Positions 19,703 through 29,092 of a stretch of 64,000 nt of DNA are shown here, one piece after another. The position numbers and the translations under genes were made by a program. The notes under the pieces are model-generated. The model saw only the letters and a list, made by a program, of their open reading frames with translations. It was not told the origin of the DNA and made no database searches. Position 1 is the stretch's first letter. The number at the start of each line of letters is the position of its first letter. The stretch spans positions 83,646 through 147,645 of the forward strand of contig JBEKQV010000003.1 of NCBI GenBank assembly GCA_049519355.1, written 5' to 3'. Origin of the DNA: Candidatus Microgenomates bacterium (lineage in GTDB: Bacteria; Patescibacteriota; Microgenomatia; UBA8517).

Positions 19703-19987
19703 CTACTTAAGCCCGCCAAGAAGTCCACCAAGTCCTCCGCCCATTTCCATCATTTTTTTAGCGGACTCCTTCTGAACATCTTTCATTAAATCATTAATTA
19801 GATCGGTGAGATCCTTCAAATCCTCCTCGCCCTTTTTGATATAGCGGATTTTTTGGTCCCCGGTAACGGAAACCGAATACCCGTGTTTATCCTGAGTTTT
19901 AATAATTTTCTCAAGCTCCTTTTGAAGCTCCATCGCCTTCTGGCGCATCTTCGCCAAATCTTTTAGTTGATTGAATTTGTCAAACAT
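19703..19987 (-). CDS. ybaB: Nucleoid-associated protein YbaB/EbfC
   Basis: 94 aa, MFDKFNQLKDLAKMRQKAMELQKELEKI...GGGLGGLLGG tail. Canonical dnaX-ybaB-recR arrangement. Confidence 0.85.
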   Translation of the reverse strand: MFDKFNQLKDLAKMRQKAMELQKELEKIIKTQDKHGYSVSVTGDQKIRYIKKGEEDLKDLTDLINDLMKDVQKESAKKMMEMGGGLGGLLGGLK

Positions 19988-19989
19988 GT

Positions 19990-21498
19990 TTAATTTCCAA
20001 ATATCTCCTCTGCAGCTTTAATTATATCTTTATCTTTTCCTTCAGTCAAAACAGTTTTCACTTCCGCCTCCACAATCACCTTTTTGGGAGGAGGATCGAT
20101 AAGCGTACAAACAACCTTAGTTGGAGATTGGAATACTTTTGCGACCACATCCTCCAGAACTTTTCTGTGATTGGCGTCCTCAAGACGTTCCTTATGAAAT
20201 TTATAATAAACACCTAAAGTCAAAACTTTTCCGTCAAAGGCCATGGGCCTTGCCGCCCTGAGAAGTGCTTCGATGGAGGCATTAATCGGCTTAACCAAAG
20301 CCAAAATATTCTTCCAGGCTTCGTCGTTTACGCTCCCGCCAGTCAGAAAATCGGCGGACTGTATATGTACTTCCTCAATTGAAGCGCTTTTACCCGGCTG
20401 ACCGCTGACCGCGCCGGCGTCAGGATGTGGGTTTTGTTCCGGACGAACTGACTCTCGCCGGTCTTCCTCTGCCTCACCACACCATTTTATAACTGCAATT
20501 TCCAGCGGCATTTCTTCAATCGGAGAGGTGGAAACTTCCTCTAATGCTCCCGAAAGAAGTTCAATTAAATCAATCAAGCTTTCTTTACTTAGCTGTCCCA
20601 GCTCATCAGTACCAATTCCAACTTTTGCCAAAAGCGCCACTCTTAGTTTTCGAAGCAATGCCTCAAGAAAGTTATCGATGGATACTCCTTTAACGCTCAA
20701 CTTTCCGATCTCTTCTATCAAACTTTTTGTGTCCTTTTTAATCAGAAGTCCGATAAATTTGTCCAGATCAAAAGCTTTTTTCTTAAAAAGAAATTCTTCA
20801 AGAAATTCTTTTGTGAGATCTTTTTCTTCAGCCACCAACTGCTCCAAAATTTTTATCCCGTCTCTGAACGAACCATCTGATGCTTCGGCAATAACATTAA
20901 GGGTGTCGGAATCTATCTTAATTTTTTCACCCGTTACAACTCTTTTAAGTGATCTAACGATTTCTTCGGAAGTTGCCTTTCGGAAAGGAATATAAGTAGT
21001 TCTTGAACGGATTGTTTCTATCAGTTTTTCGGGGTTAGTTGTGGCCAAAATAAAAATAACATGTTCCGGAGGCTCTTCTAAAGTTTTAAGAAGTGCATTA
21101 CTGGCCTCTGTGGTCAACATATGCGCCTCATCAATTATGTAAATTTTTTTCTTTGCGGAAACGGGGCTTAGTTTAACCGCATCCCTTAAAATCCTGACGT
21201 CATCGATACCTCTATGGCTTGCGGCATCCATTTCAATTACATCCAGATTATTGCCGTTTGTAGTCGAGGTACACTCCTTACATTTATCGCAAGGTGTACC
21301 GTCTTTGCCTAAGTTTTCGCAGTTAATTATTTTTGCCAAGATTCTGGCGGCCGAAGTTTTTCCCGTTCCCTTAGGCCCAGCAAAAAGAAAAGCGTGTGGA
21401 ATACTTTTCTTTGAAACTATTTTTTTGAGGGATTCGCCAACGTCGCTTAAATCGAGTTCATCCAAATTTTTCGGCCGGTATTTTAAATAAAGAGTCAT
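19990..21498 (-). CDS. dnaX: DNA polymerase III subunit gamma/tau
   Basis: AAA+ Walker A GPKGTGKTS, Zn module CENLGKDGTPCDKCKEC, sensor motifs. Confidence 0.85.
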   Translation of the reverse strand: MTLYLKYRPKNLDELDLSDVGESLKKIVSKKSIPHAFLFAGPKGTGKTSAARILAKIINCENLGKDGTPCDKCKECTSTTNGNNLDVIEMDAASHRGIDDVRILRDAVKLSPVSAKKKIYIIDEAHMLTTEASNALLKTLEEPPEHVIFILATTNPEKLIETIRSRTTYIPFRKATSEEIVRSLKRVVTGEKIKIDSDTLNVIAEASDGSFRDGIKILEQLVAEEKDLTKEFLEEFLFKKKAFDLDKFIGLLIKKDTKSLIEEIGKLSVKGVSIDNFLEALLRKLRVALLAKVGIGTDELGQLSKESLIDLIELLSGALEEVSTSPIEEMPLEIAVIKWCGEAEEDRRESVRPEQNPHPDAGAVSGQPGKSASIEEVHIQSADFLTGGSVNDEAWKNILALVKPINASIEALLRAARPMAFDGKVLTLGVYYKFHKERLEDANHRKVLEDVVAKVFQSPTKVVCTLIDPPPKKVIVEAEVKTVLTEGKDKDIIKAAEEIFGN

Positions 21499-21884
21499 TC
21501 TTCGTGATGAACGCCCATTAGGTGCAACGCCCCGTGTTCAATTAACTCGTAAATCCTTTCATTTATCAAAACATTTTCCTGTTGAGATTCTTTAACAGCC
21601 AGCGGATAGCAAACAATAATTTCTCCCAGATGAATTATCCCATCCGGCGGAAAAACAAAACTAGCTTTGGCCTCGTTTGGGACAAACGAGAGTACATTAT
21701 GAAGTTTTTTGTCCTTCAAATATTTTGCCCCGACTGCCATCATTTTTTTCTCTCCAATAATCGCCACAGAAACCTCGGCGTCGGAAACGATGCCGTTTTT
21801 AGCCAAGAATTCGGCTAATTTTTTCTTGACCGCCGGTATATTAACCGGGTAGTTAGACTGTTTGCTTACGGAGACTTTAATCAT
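21495..21884 (-). CDS. ybeY: rRNA maturation endoribonuclease YbeY
   Basis: 129 aa with the HGALHLMGVHH metal-binding motif (H-x3-H-x5-H) at the C-terminus. Confidence 0.7.
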   Translation of the reverse strand: MIKVSVSKQSNYPVNIPAVKKKLAEFLAKNGIVSDAEVSVAIIGEKKMMAVGAKYLKDKKLHNVLSFVPNEAKASFVFPPDGIIHLGEIIVCYPLAVKESQQENVLINERIYELIEHGALHLMGVHHEE

Positions 21885-21901
21885 TTCTAAACACTCACTC
21901 C

Positions 21902-22339
21902 TTACGAAAGTTTTGCCTTTACCATTTCTGCAATTTTACCCCCATCCGCATTAGGTGCTTTGGCCTTAATAAAGCCAATAACTTTCCCCATATCGGCCAT
22001 AGATGTTGGATTAATTTGATGAACCGCTTCCTCGACAAGTTTGGTTAGTTCGGCTTCTCCCATTTCCGGCGGCAAATATTTGGCCAAAATTTCCAGTTCT
22101 TTCGCTTCTTTAGCGGCACGGTCGGGAGCTCCCGCTTTTTCATACATCTCAATTGCTTCTTTTCTTTTCTTCGCCTCGCGCCGAATTACAACCAGTTCTT
22201 CCTCGTTTGTTAGATCATGCTGCTTGTCAATCTTTTCATAATTAAATGCCGAAAGAAGAAGCCTTAAAGTTGAGGTACGAATTTCATCATGAGCTTTCAT
22301 CGACTCCCCAATTTTTGCCTGTAATGTTTGATAAATCAT
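21902..22339 (-). CDS. GatB/YqeY domain protein
   Basis: 145 aa. LRLLLSAFNYEKI...ELVVIRREAKKRKEAIEMYEKAGAPDRAAKE resembles the YqeY family. Confidence 0.7.
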   Translation of the reverse strand: MIYQTLQAKIGESMKAHDEIRTSTLRLLLSAFNYEKIDKQHDLTNEEELVVIRREAKKRKEAIEMYEKAGAPDRAAKEAKELEILAKYLPPEMGEAELTKLVEEAVHQINPTSMADMGKVIGFIKAKAPNADGGKIAEMVKAKLS

Positions 22340-22821
22340 ATGTTTAATCTTTTCGCCGTCTCTCTTATTTTAGCAGCTAATTTAACTAATTCTTTATCGT
22401 CTGCTCTTTCGGAGTCGTTTGATGGCAGATATCCGGGGTATTTTTCAAAAAAAGCTTTCATCTTGTTTCCGCTTTCAATTTTTTTCCATTCCTTCAGCTT
22501 CCCTATCCCGTGCATCGGAAAGAGTTTCGAGTGCAAATGATCAACTCCAAATCCTTCGTAAAACATTCCGGTTCTTCCTACATCATCAAAACTTGCATCA
22601 AGGAGCTTTCCTACTTTTTTTGTCGCAATGGTTAAATCAGCCAATGTTTTATCATCATTGTCAAACGCATATGAAGGTTTATGCTCTTTAGTCATAACTA
22701 CCGTAAATCCTGGAGTATTGGGAAAAATGCTTAGAATGGCGAGGTGTTTATCATCTTCCCAAATCTTGTACGCCGGTGCCTCTCCCTTAATTATTTTACA
22801 AAAAATACAATCTTCCATCAT
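22336..22821 (-). CDS. HIT-family (histidine triad) hydrolase
   Basis: CIFCKII N-terminal motif and histidine-triad-like VDHLHSKLFPMHG. Confidence 0.7.
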   Translation of the reverse strand: MMEDCIFCKIIKGEAPAYKIWEDDKHLAILSIFPNTPGFTVVMTKEHKPSYAFDNDDKTLADLTIATKKVGKLLDASFDDVGRTGMFYEGFGVDHLHSKLFPMHGIGKLKEWKKIESGNKMKAFFEKYPGYLPSNDSERADDKELVKLAAKIRETAKRLNI

Positions 22822-24050
22822 TTGCCAAGTTTTTTGATAACCTCATCGAAGCTCAAAAGTGCTGTTTTCTCCGAAGATCTTTCTTTCCACTCAATTTTGT
22901 CTCCATTCCGCTCCGATATCACCAATCTGACCGGAATTCCGATAAGGTCGGCGTCTCCAAACTTTTCCCCGGCTTGAATATTCCTGTCATCCCACAAAAC
23001 ACCAATCCCTTTTTCTTTTAGTTCGTTATAAATCTCTTCGGCACGTTTTGCCCCGGGGAGTTCAATCAGATGAACATCAAAAGGAGCAACCTGCGGATAC
23101 CAGATTATTCCTTTGTCGTCGTGGGAAACTTCAACCAAAGCTCCCATCACTCTGGTCGGCCCGATTCCGTAACTGGCAAACCAAACCGGTTTTTTGCCAC
23201 CGTCACGGTCGGTGAAGTAAACTCTCATTCTTTCGGCGTACCAAGTTCCAAGAGGGAAAATATTACCCACTTCGACGACTCCGGTTACTTTTTCAATTTT
23301 TCCTTTTTTGCACTTAGGGCAAATCTCTCCTTCCTTACCTTCAAAAATTTCTTTATTTACCGCGTAGTCGCATTTATTGCAGGCGTATATTGTATCTTCA
23401 CCATTCGCATTCAAAACCTGAAATTCGTGGGTATGCTTATCGGTAAATACTCCACCAGAAGCTTCAACAACTTTGAAATTAAATCCAAGCCGCGTAAATA
23501 TTTTTGAATAAGCGCCCTTTACTTTTTCGTAATAATCCATCATATCCGCCTCACTGACATGAGCCGAATAAAGATCCTTCATCATAAACTCCCTTCCTCT
23601 TAAAATCCCGCTCCTGGCCCGCGGCTCGTTTCTGAATTTTGTTGAGAAGTGGTACACGGCAACCGGCAAATCCTGGTAGCTTTTTATGTTCTTCCTAAGA
23701 AGATCCATCACAACCTCCTCGTGGGTAAATGAAAGTACGTACTCTTTTTTCCTACTGTCCGTCAGTTTATACATTATCTCATCGGCCTTATCCCAGCGGC
23801 CGGTTTCACTCCAAAGTTCTTTCGGATGAAGAAGAGGCATTAGCATTTCCTGACCTCCAACCGCGTTCATTTCTTCCCGGATTATTTGATTTATTTTAGT
23901 GACAACCCGAAATCCCAACGGAAGAAGTGTCCAGCTCCCGGACATTAGTTGGTCAACAAACCCTCCGCGCACAAGAAGTTTATGGTTAATACTCTCCGCA
24001 TCTTTTGGAGCTTCTTTTCTGGTTTTCGGAAAAAGAACTGATTGCCGCAT
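22818..24050 (-). CDS. proS: Prolyl-tRNA synthetase: short form lacking the INS editing domain, with a CxxC...CxxC insertion
   Basis: Class II motifs 1-3 present (FRNEPRARSGILRGREF). The N-terminus MRQSVLFPKTRKEAPKDAESINHKLLVRGGF is ProRS-typical. Only 410 aa, with ACNKCDYAVNK...EICPKCKKGK in place of INS. Confidence 0.85.
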   Translation of the reverse strand: MRQSVLFPKTRKEAPKDAESINHKLLVRGGFVDQLMSGSWTLLPLGFRVVTKINQIIREEMNAVGGQEMLMPLLHPKELWSETGRWDKADEIMYKLTDSRKKEYVLSFTHEEVVMDLLRKNIKSYQDLPVAVYHFSTKFRNEPRARSGILRGREFMMKDLYSAHVSEADMMDYYEKVKGAYSKIFTRLGFNFKVVEASGGVFTDKHTHEFQVLNANGEDTIYACNKCDYAVNKEIFEGKEGEICPKCKKGKIEKVTGVVEVGNIFPLGTWYAERMRVYFTDRDGGKKPVWFASYGIGPTRVMGALVEVSHDDKGIIWYPQVAPFDVHLIELPGAKRAEEIYNELKEKGIGVLWDDRNIQAGEKFGDADLIGIPVRLVISERNGDKIEWKERSSEKTALLSFDEVIKKLGK

Positions 24051-24078
24051 ATGAAGCTATTGTATCACCACTAATACC

Positions 24079-25197
24079 TCATTTCCCTATCGAATTAATA
24101 AATCCGTTAATACTGCCTGCAGAGATTAGATGCCTAACATCGCCAATCGTAATTAAAAGAAGAAGAGCCAAAAGAATTAGAAAACCGATATTATTAATCG
24201 TGGCTTCAACTTTCGGAACAATTTTTCTTCCGATAATTCCTTCGATTCCGATAAAAAGGAGCCTTCCGCCATCCAATGCAGGGAAAGGAACAATATTGAG
24301 AATTGCCAGATTCACCGAAAGAATTCCGACAAAATTAACTAAAGTTAAAATTCCGCTTTTTGCCGCCTCAGTAGTTACTGCAAAAATTCCAACCGGCCCC
24401 GAAACTCCTTGCGGGACTTGGCCTTTAACTAGACTCGTGATTATTCCCCAAAGTCCAAGAACTATCGTTTGTCCCCAGAAAATCGCGTCTTTAAATCCAT
24501 AGTAAATTCCATAAAACGGCCGTAGCCAAATTGGAGGATAATAAAGTTCCATTGTTGTAATTGTTACGCCAATTGGTCCTTCTCCAGGAGGCGGATTCTC
24601 CCTGGGAGTAAGCATCAGTTTAACCGCGGTTACCTGACCACCAACCATCCTTTGAACTTCAAAAATTGTACTTTTCCCTTTTAGCGCGGCAGTTTTGGCA
24701 ATGAAATCATCAGCAGACGTCACACTCACCGGCCCGACTTTGGTTATAACGTCACCAACAACAATACCGGCCACTTGTGCCGGAGAACCGGCGGAAACGT
24801 CCACCACTTTTATTTTCCCCGTATCGCGTGGAATTCCTGAAAATGAATAAACAATCGCAAATGCCAATATTCCTAAAATAAAGTTCATCACAACTCCGGC
24901 TGTCACTACCATAGACCTGATTTTTTTGCTCTTATTCATGAATGCCCTACCGGAGTTGGGATCGGACGCTCCTTCTTCTTCCTGCTCCCCATGAAGCCTG
25001 ACAAATCCTCCGAACGGTAGCCAATTGAGAGAATAAATAGTGTCGCCGATCTTTTTACCGACAATTCGGGGCGGAAGCCCAAAACCAAATTCCTCGACCA
25101 TAACTCCAGCACGCCGTGCAACCAAAAAGTGTCCCAGTTCATGAACCAAAACCAAAATTGAAAGAACCAAAATGAAAATCAATATTGAAACTATCAC
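24079..25197 (-). CDS. rseP: RIP (site-2) zinc metalloprotease RseP, M50 family
   Basis: HELGHFLVARR (HExxH) in TM1, a PDZ domain in the middle, and an LDGG motif in a C-terminal TM. Confidence 0.8.
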   Translation of the reverse strand: MIVSILIFILVLSILVLVHELGHFLVARRAGVMVEEFGFGLPPRIVGKKIGDTIYSLNWLPFGGFVRLHGEQEEEGASDPNSGRAFMNKSKKIRSMVVTAGVVMNFILGILAFAIVYSFSGIPRDTGKIKVVDVSAGSPAQVAGIVVGDVITKVGPVSVTSADDFIAKTAALKGKSTIFEVQRMVGGQVTAVKLMLTPRENPPPGEGPIGVTITTMELYYPPIWLRPFYGIYYGFKDAIFWGQTIVLGLWGIITSLVKGQVPQGVSGPVGIFAVTTEAAKSGILTLVNFVGILSVNLAILNIVPFPALDGGRLLFIGIEGIIGRKIVPKVEATINNIGFLILLALLLLITIGDVRHLISAGSINGFINSIGK

Positions 25198-25210
25198 AGT
25201 TAAGAGTATA

Positions 25211-25768
25211 TCAGATTTGAAGCAATTCCTGTTCCTTCTTTTTACCCATCTCTTCTATCTTTCCGACAAATTCATCGGTTATTTCCTGAAGTTTTTTCTC
25301 GTTTGAAAATTTTTCATCTTCGGTCATTTCTTTCTCTTCAAATTTTTTCTTAATTTCATGCATTTCATCGGCTCTTACCTGACGCATCATAACCTTGCCG
25401 TTTTCAAGTTTTCCCGAAAGAAGCTTCACATATTTTTCCCTATCTTCTGTTGTCAAAGGCGCCATCGTAATCCTTATTATTTCCCCGTCAATCGAAGGGT
25501 TCATGCCGATATTCGCTTCTTCTATTCCCTTCCTGATATCACCAATTATCGATTTATCATATGGATTAATAATAATTTGTGTAGGATCCGGCGCAGTAAT
25601 TGTTGCCAGCTCAACTACCTTTAATCTCTGTGTTCCGCCGTAAGCGGGACAGATTATGTTTTCGACTAGGGCCGGGGTCGCACGGCCGGTTCTAATTCCT
25701 GCAATATCGGAGGTCACAACGTCCAAAGTAGATTGCATTTTGGCTCTAATAGAAGATTCATCCATCAA
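25211..25768 (-). CDS. frr: Ribosome recycling factor
   Basis: 185 aa, full-length similarity to RRF (VTSDIAGIRTGRATPALVENI...). Confidence 0.9.
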   Translation of the reverse strand: MMDESSIRAKMQSTLDVVTSDIAGIRTGRATPALVENIICPAYGGTQRLKVVELATITAPDPTQIIINPYDKSIIGDIRKGIEEANIGMNPSIDGEIIRITMAPLTTEDREKYVKLLSGKLENGKVMMRQVRADEMHEIKKKFEEKEMTEDEKFSNEKKLQEITDEFVGKIEEMGKKKEQELLQI

Positions 25769-26217
25769 TGACCTAATTCTACACGAAAAACCCGTCCTAT
25801 GCGAACGTTTTCTCCTGTTTTGGCTATGACTTCTTTAACCAAATCCGAAATCTTTTTGGAAGGGTCTTTTATGGATTCCTGATCCATTAATTTTTCCTCC
25901 CCCATGGAAGCTACTTGCATTGCAAGATCTTTTCCGAGAATTTCAAAAAGTTCGTTTTTGGCAACGAAATCCGTCTCGCAGAGAAGCTCAACTACCCCAA
26001 CCACCCGTCCGGTGTGATGTGCATAAACGAAGATTTTTCCTTGACCCGTTTCTCTCCCCTCACGTTTTGCGGCTTTTTCAAATCCTTCTTTTTTAAGAAT
26101 GCTCAGTGCTTTTTTCTCGTCTCCGCCAACTTCCTCCAGAACTTCCCTAATACGTATGATTGCAACACCGGTTTGTTCACGGAGTTTTTTAATTAAATTA
26201 ATATCAATTTTTGCCAT
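25765..26217 (-). CDS. tsf: Elongation factor Ts, unusually short (~150 aa)
   Basis: N-terminal UBA-like MAKIDINLIKKLREQTGVAIIRIREVLEEVGGDEKKALSILKK, then a single core domain. Start set at the internal MAKIDI; the long ORF would overlap rpsB by 86 nt. Confidence 0.75.
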   Translation of the reverse strand: MAKIDINLIKKLREQTGVAIIRIREVLEEVGGDEKKALSILKKEGFEKAAKREGRETGQGKIFVYAHHTGRVVGVVELLCETDFVAKNELFEILGKDLAMQVASMGEEKLMDQESIKDPSKKISDLVKEVIAKTGENVRIGRVFRVELGH

Positions 26218-26239
26218 TTTAGGTCGATTCAAGCTCTGC

Positions 26240-26944
26240 TTATTTAGCCGACTTTTTCTTACCCTCCAGTATAGCTTCTTTAACCAAGCCAAGAACATAT
26301 TCAAGTGCTTTGCTGGCATCGTCATTCATAGGAATCGGATAATCAATAACATCGGGGTCGGAGTTGCTGTCAACAATTCCGATAACCGGAACTTTCTTCT
26401 CATTGGCCTCGTGAACCGCACCAGCTTCCCTTTTGGTATCAATCACAAAAAGAACGTCCGGAATATCGGTTAGTGTTTTTATTCCGCCAAAAAATCTCTC
26501 CAATCTTGCAATTTCCCTATCGATTAGAAGTCTTTCTTTCTTTGTATATTTGTTATAAACCCCCGAAGTCATGTTGACCTTCATTTCCTCCATTTTCTTG
26601 AGAGACTTTTTCATTTGGGAAAAGTTGGAGATTATTCCTCCCAACCATCTTTCGTTGATATAAGGAACTCCGGCTTCCAGCGCAACCTCGGCAACTTTAT
26701 CCTTGATCTGCTTTTTTGTTCCGAGAATCAAAACTGTTTTGCCCTCACGAATAGACTTGGTGATAAACTCCAACGCTTCCTCAAGGAGAGGTTTTGTCTT
26801 GGTTAAATCAAAAATATGAACTCCGTTTTCGGATCCAAAAAGATATTCCTCCATCTTGGGGTTCCAACGGCGGGTCTGATGTCCAAAATGGGCACCAGTT
26901 TCAAGTAGCGTATCCAGTGAAACGTTCGGCTTTGACATTATCAA
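26240..26944 (-). CDS. rpsB: 30S ribosomal protein S2
   Basis: LLETGAHFGHQTRRWNPKM signature. Canonical rpsB-tsf-frr order. Confidence 0.9.
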   Translation of the reverse strand: MIMSKPNVSLDTLLETGAHFGHQTRRWNPKMEEYLFGSENGVHIFDLTKTKPLLEEALEFITKSIREGKTVLILGTKKQIKDKVAEVALEAGVPYINERWLGGIISNFSQMKKSLKKMEEMKVNMTSGVYNKYTKKERLLIDREIARLERFFGGIKTLTDIPDVLFVIDTKREAGAVHEANEKKVPVIGIVDSNSDPDVIDYPIPMNDDASKALEYVLGLVKEAILEGKKKSAK

Positions 26945-27021
26945 TGTTGTTTCCTTTTGCCGCCGCAGATCGGAAGAATCCAGGAAACATGACCTGCGTG
27001 TGTATTGGTATTTTACCAGCC

Positions 27022-27528
27022 TTATTTCAAATTGGCAAGGGTTCTTTTATTAATCTCAATATTCTCCTCGGCAGCTTGAATTGCAGCAAAAGCCAAATGC
27101 TCCGCACTCATTGCATCCGAGTGGGCGTTGACATTCCCCAATTTAGCCGCAATCTCAGCCAGTTCCCTGACATTCTCACAAATCTCGGCAGTTTTTTGCG
27201 GAACCTCAATCGCCGTCAAAAGACCGGCCTTTATTTTTGCTTTGTTACCCATCTTATAGGCTTTCATTACCTCTTCAAAAGCACCCGAATCGCGGTCCGC
27301 AAGCTCGATAAGTTCGGCCCCGAGTTCGCTAGCCCTTTCGGCAATCCTAATCATCTCATCCTGAACGTGAGGATATTTTTTATTGCCAATCGTCAGATTG
27401 CAAACCATCTCGGTTAGCGATGCCGCCATAGCACCGACCACAGCCGCAACAGCTCCACCGCCGGGTGTGGGTGTTTTTGAGGAAACCTCATCCAAAAATT
27501 CTTCTATTTTTTGATCTTTAACTTTCAT
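27022..27528 (-). CDS. Formiminotetrahydrofolate cyclodeaminase-like protein (FTCD C-terminal domain, stand-alone)
   Basis: PTPGGGAVAAVVGAMAASLTEMVCNLT is the hallmark of the cyclodeaminase/cyclohydrolase family. Confidence 0.7.
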   Translation of the reverse strand: MKVKDQKIEEFLDEVSSKTPTPGGGAVAAVVGAMAASLTEMVCNLTIGNKKYPHVQDEMIRIAERASELGAELIELADRDSGAFEEVMKAYKMGNKAKIKAGLLTAIEVPQKTAEICENVRELAEIAAKLGNVNAHSDAMSAEHLAFAAIQAAEENIEINKRTLANLK

Positions 27529-28409
27529 TCGTATAACTTCTTTTCCAGGACCTGGTCAGATTTAAAAGTCTCCGCCTTAAATGTATTTTTTATTGCAGCA
27601 ACAAGAGATTCAAGCGGAATCATACCATATATTTCGGAGTTTTTGATCTTAACTCCCAGTTTTTCAGCTTCGGCCTCAACTGCGCGGTAAGCCGCGTCGA
27701 AGTTTGTCTTCTCATAATCGACCAAATTCATGGAAACCTGAGCCAACCCGTCCACTTCAAACCCTAAAGCCTTAGCTCCTGGTAAGCCCCCGTTTTTCTC
27801 ACGGATTATTCCTGCAATTTTTTTGGCAACTTCAACGTCAAGCGTTGAAAGATTTATATTGAAAGCAACTAAGTATTTTCTGGCACCGATTACCATCGCT
27901 CCGGCCGTGGCGTGCATTTTGTTGGGACCGAAATCCGGGTCCCTCATTTTTAATTTCAATCCTTCATATTCACCCTGCCTAACATCCGCCAAATTTCTGT
28001 ACTCAGGACGCGAGGCAGCTGCCTCATAAAGAAAAACAGGAATTTTAAGCTCCTCCCCGACTTTTCTTCCAAGCTTTTTGGACAACTCCACACATTCCTC
28101 CATTGAAACCCTGGAAACCGGAACAAAAGGAACAACATCAGTCGCTCCGATTCTGGGATGTTCTCCCTTATGTCTTTCCATATTGATAAGTTTTGTAGCA
28201 ACTTTTATAGATTCAAAAACTGAAGATAAAACTGCCTCCGGCTCCCCGACTATTGTAAATAGGCAACGATTGTGGTCTTTGTTGTATTCCAATTCAAAAA
28301 CCTTAACCGATTTGATAGTTTTAGCCGCATCAAAAATGGCATTAATGATTTTAAGGTCTTTCCCCTCGCTAAAGTTCGGCACGCACTCAACAATTTTCTG
28401 CATGGTCAA
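27525..28409 (-). CDS. Glutamate formimidoyltransferase (FTCD N-terminal domain, stand-alone)
   Basis: MQKIVECVPNFSEGKD...NRCLFTIVGEP start and two-subdomain length (294 aa) typical of the formiminotransferase domain. 4-bp overlap with the cyclodeaminase gene. Confidence 0.75.
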   Translation of the reverse strand: MTMQKIVECVPNFSEGKDLKIINAIFDAAKTIKSVKVFELEYNKDHNRCLFTIVGEPEAVLSSVFESIKVATKLINMERHKGEHPRIGATDVVPFVPVSRVSMEECVELSKKLGRKVGEELKIPVFLYEAAASRPEYRNLADVRQGEYEGLKLKMRDPDFGPNKMHATAGAMVIGARKYLVAFNINLSTLDVEVAKKIAGIIREKNGGLPGAKALGFEVDGLAQVSMNLVDYEKTNFDAAYRAVEAEAEKLGVKIKNSEIYGMIPLESLVAAIKNTFKAETFKSDQVLEKKLYE

Positions 28410-28427
28410 ATTATATCTTAATCGGGC

Positions 28428-29087
28428 TTATCTTTGAAGCTTCTTTTCAAAAATATCTTCCAAAACCTTCGCTACAGACTCTGAAACAACTTCAGGAGCT
28501 GGTTCTCCATTTATCACAAACCACTGCAATCCTCCCCAACCACTCGCAGACATTTCCCTGTATCCAGCAACAAGCCTATCCATATACTCAGGAGTTTCTC
28601 TGTCAAACGGATCACCGTTCGTGTCTTTGCCGCGGCGCTTCATTGAAGTCTCCCTAGAAATATCCAAAAGTAGAATCGCGTCGGGTTTAAGCTCTCCCAT
28701 TACAATGTCAGCAATCCTCAGGATTCGTTTTTGGTCTCCTCCTTCCGCATATCCCTGATAAGCCCCGGTCGATGTATAGCATCTATCACCCAAGACGTGA
28801 ACACCACTTTTAATTTTCGGGGCAACTAAACCGTCTACCCAAAACTTCCTAGCAGTAAAAAACATAACCATCTGCCCCTCGGCACCAATCAATCCTTCAC
28901 CTTTTAGGGCAAATATAAGTTCTCGAATTTCTTCACTTGAACCGACACCCCCTGGTTCACGAGTCGACACTACCTGCAACCCATTTCTAACAAGAAGTTG
29001 TCTTGCTATTTCAATTTGAGTTCCTTTTCCACAACCACCAACCCCCTCAAAAACCACAAATTTTCCTCTTTCTCCTTCTTGAGTCAT
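28428..29087 (-). CDS. tmk: Thymidylate kinase
   Basis: P-loop FVVFEGVGGCGKGTQ, TREPGG motif, LID region. Confidence 0.8.
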   Translation of the reverse strand: MTQEGERGKFVVFEGVGGCGKGTQIEIARQLLVRNGLQVVSTREPGGVGSSEEIRELIFALKGEGLIGAEGQMVMFFTARKFWVDGLVAPKIKSGVHVLGDRCYTSTGAYQGYAEGGDQKRILRIADIVMGELKPDAILLLDISRETSMKRRGKDTNGDPFDRETPEYMDRLVAGYREMSASGWGGLQWFVINGEPAPEVVSESVAKVLEDIFEKKLQR

Positions 29088-29092
29088 ATTTT

